From Macrostomum lignano (taxonomy: Eukaryota), in the NCBI GenBank assembly GCA_002269645.1, contig NIVC01001557.1:1-64000 (forward strand): a stretch of 64,000 nucleotides of DNA, given 5' to 3'. Position numbers and translations under genes: made by a program. This document shows, piece after piece, positions 61,431 through 64,000 of this stretch. The notes under the pieces are model-generated. The model searched no databases and was not told the DNA's origin. It worked only from the letters and a program-made list of their open reading frames with translations. Each line of letters starts with the position of its first letter. The first letter of the stretch is position 1.

Positions 61431-62520
61431 CTGGATAAATGAGGTTACGGGGCGGTTTGCAATCAATTGTTGAAAACCTTTACCGTGACAAGACTCAAAA
61501 ACGACTGCATGCGACGGAGAGGCGATTGTTGAGTTGTAGAGTTGGAAAAGAGTCCCGAAACAGCCTAGTTTAAGAAGCGCTTCAATTAAGTTGACTAAAT
61601 CGAGTTCATATACTAAATGCGAAATGCTATTACAATTCATAAGGTAACGCAGGTGCTCTTCAGACGCAACTAAAGTGACTCCAAAACGACTCCAGCAGCC
61701 ACAGATACGACCCCACGGCCCCAGAGTCATTCTAGAAACGTCCCTGTGTCGCACACAATAAAACGCCTCAAATTGACTTGTACCGTGACATCTCGTCCTT
61801 TTAGAGTCGTATAGAGTCGCTTCTTTCCGTTTTTACCTGTGTTAACTGCAGTGACTCCAAAACGACTCCAAGGGGGGGGGGCCGCTTCTTGGCCCAGGTA
61901 ACGTTTTCATGAGGCTGGGAGGTCATCAGTGGAAACGATAGTTGGGTGTGCAACTTCGACTCGATGAAAACGGTACCCAGATTCATCCAGTAAAGTAGCA
62001 AAATTGTCTTGAGTTGTAAAGGTGCTTCATTGTCTGAGACTCTGGTGTGACGCAAGGGACACTGGGGCGTCGTACGTGAGGCGTAACTTGCGTCGCTAAA
62101 GAATCACTGAGTTCCGTCAAAATCGCATGTACGTCATTTTATGAGTTGCGATCGCATTCAACATTTATAACAACTCTATTTAGTCTACTCGAGTTTGTAG
62201 ACAGTTAAACGCTAACACAACGATTCTTGGACGACTTTTTGCGACTCATCAATCGCCTCTATTGTCGTTTGAGTTTTTAGAAAGTCACAAGAGCCGCCTA
62301 AATGTCGCTAGAGTCCCTAGGTCCCTAGAGGGTTGTTTGAAATGACGTGTCGAATGAAATGTCGCAATGGGTCCTTGTAGGAAGCAGCCCGAATTCAAAT
62401 TTCTCTGGTCAAGAAGCGTCACCCAGCAGACAGTGACTGAGTGACTGCTAACTGGTATGTGACTGTGTGTAACGTCTCCAGGTGTTGTAAGCTGGGGCTG
62501 AGAGAGAGAGACGTCCAAAC

Positions 62521-62630
62521 ACGCGACATCGGGGGGCTCCAACTCCCCCAGGACAACGCCCCGGCCCACACAGCTAAAAAACTATCGAGTTCATGAAGCA
62601 GAACCGCGTCCATCTTTACTTCTTCGACTT
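62521..62630 (+). mobile_element. Decayed Tc1/mariner-type DDE transposase fragment in a C2CD5 intron
   Basis: + strand reads QLPQDNAPAHTAK, then after a 1-nt shift TIEFMKQNRVHL; matches the family motif (F/L)xQDNAPxHxA. Confidence 0.55.
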
Positions 62631-63000
62631 CTTTACGGGCCAAGCGTCTGCTCAGGGGAGTTAGAGTTGAGACGCTGTTGAGACATCCTCCAACATCCTG
62701 TTTGACACTACTCAGTTGGAGTGGGGTAGCTGCTTTTTTACGTGGCTTGAGAAGATGAGAGGAAGCGCATCGATGCAGCTGGAGGGTAGTTCGAAAAGTG
62801 CTACGAGTAACATATGTTTTTATTCAACATTGTGGTTCTGTGTAAGTTTTTATAACTACTATTAATAACTATTAATAATTTCTACAAAAATAGCCTAGCC
62901 GCATCAAAAACGCACAGAAAAATGGCACCAAATAATCGCAACTTTTTATTCACAAATGCATCGAAATGTTTCTTATCAAATACCCGAACAAGCTGCCCAC

Positions 63001-63306
63001 CTGGACACAAACTCGGACACCTTGGCCTGCAGACTGGACAGCAGCCGTTGATCGCCTTTAGACACGAGCTGCGGCTCGCAGGGCGCGGGCAACGCCAGCA
63101 GGTGGACCCCGGTGCCGGTGGCCGTCACCAGAATGCCGCAGCTGGCCACCGACATACGGGTTCGAAGCCCGAACAGGCCGTTCATGCCGCGCAGGCGCAG
63201 CTTCTGCACCAGCTGGCTGTGCAGCTCGTACTCGATGAAGGGCAGCCGGTCGCTCACCTCGCGAGCGTTCGCCTCGCCTTTGGCGTCTCGCTTGGGCCGC
63301 CAGACT
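63001..63306 (-). CDS. C2CD5: C2CD5 exon (KRDAKGEANAREVSDRLPFIEYELHSQLVQKLRLRGMNGLFGL)
   Basis: LPFxEYELHxQL...MNxLFGL C2CD5 signature; donor AG|GTGGGC gives phase 2, matching the next exon. Confidence 0.9.
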
Positions 63307-63388
63307 CTGTTTGTGGGGAGATTAGGGATAAAAATCCCATTTTTAATAGCTCAGTCACTGCAGATTAAATCCCATTTAGCTCAGTCAC

Positions 63389-63578
63389 CTGGCCTGAATG
63401 AGTGCCGGTTGTCCGCAGGTGGCCAGTTCGGCCGGAGTGTCCGAAGTGGCCAGCAGGATGTCCGGGACGCTGCCGCGGCCGCAGACGGCGCAACGGCTGA
63501 AGGACACGGGGAAGGGCGGGCTGGACTGGCTGTACAGCACGTGCAGAGCGCGACAGCTCGATGGCGGCTGATGGGAAT
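63389..63578 (-). CDS. C2CD5: C2CD5 exon (CRALHVLY...PFP...CAVCGRGSVPDILL...LIQAR)
   Basis: Matches the C2CD5 CxxCxxxKVPDVL...LIQAR block; phase 1/2. Confidence 0.88.
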
Positions 63579-63604
63579 CTGGAAGAAAAAGTGGTGAGCA
63601 ATCA

Positions 63605-63895
63605 AGATAGCAGCTCCTACCAGCTCTCATTCTGATTGGCTGGCTAACCACCTCACTCCTACCAGCTCTCATACTAATTGGCTGGCTACCCACCTCACTC
63701 CTACCAGCTCTAATCCTGATTGGCTGGCTACCCACCTCACTCCTAACAGCTCTCATTCTGATTGGCTGGCTAATCACCTTACTCCTATCAGCTCTCATTC
63801 TGATTGGCTGGGTACCCACCTCACTCCTAATAACCGCTCTCATTCCGATTGGCCGGCTACCCACCTCACTTCCACCAGATTGGCTGGCTAAGTTT
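63605..63895. repeat. ~42-bp minisatellite containing CTGATTGGCTGG and CACCTCACT
   Basis: About 7 units in the C2CD5 intron 63579-63938. Confidence 0.9.
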
Positions 63896-63938
63896 CTCCA
63901 GCTGCTATCTTGCCATCCAAAAAAGCTTTGCAACTCAC

Positions 63939-64000
63939 TCTGAACATCTTCTAGAGAGTTCAGCTTAGCAGCCGTGCCGTATGCGCTCAACACAATAAGA
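63939..64000 (-). CDS. C2CD5: C2CD5 exon (truncated by window end): LIVLSAYGTAAKLN
   Basis: Resembles C2CD5 ILSASGTAAVL as I recall it; donor A|GTGAGT, phase 1. Confidence 0.75.

Noticed and set aside
62419-62643. ORF as a C2CD5 exon
   Set aside because: Exons 63001 and 61430 join in phase with continuous C2CD5 similarity; the opposite strand has a transposase motif
62978-62984. Donor G|GTATTT for the C2CD5 exon
   Set aside because: Phase 1 is incompatible with the phase-2 acceptor at 61430; AG|GTGGGC at 63001 fits

Overview
Eukaryotic (animal) genomic DNA: GC-rich exons separated by introns packed with unrelated 16-60 bp minisatellites. This architecture resembles the flatworm Macrostomum lignano (an inference, not verified). 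Three protein-coding genes lie head-to-tail on the minus strand. (1) ~48.4 kb to <1: a giant nesprin-1/MSP-300/ANC-1-like gene with two calponin-homology (CH) domains and many spectrin repeats. It runs off the window start and no KASH domain is visible. (2) 54255-51421: a three-exon morgue orthologue (Zn-finger + F-box + E2-like domain with Gly at the catalytic Cys position). (3) >64000-59783: the 3' half of C2CD5. The most striking unannotated structure is a plectin-like array of at least five candidate alternative first coding exons spread over 13 kb. Each has its own ATG and ends in Arg plus one nucleotide at a phase-1 donor that fits the shared CH1 exon. Other observations: MIR/CORE-like tRNA-derived SINEs (one fused to coding sequence at a splice-phase break), a minisatellite built from Pol III B-boxes, an array of decoy splice donors, satellite cores shared between genes, a probable GC-AG intron, and frameshifts clustered in the downstream nesprin exons (assembly error or decay). 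Exon boundaries were derived by hand from splice signals and reading-phase continuity.
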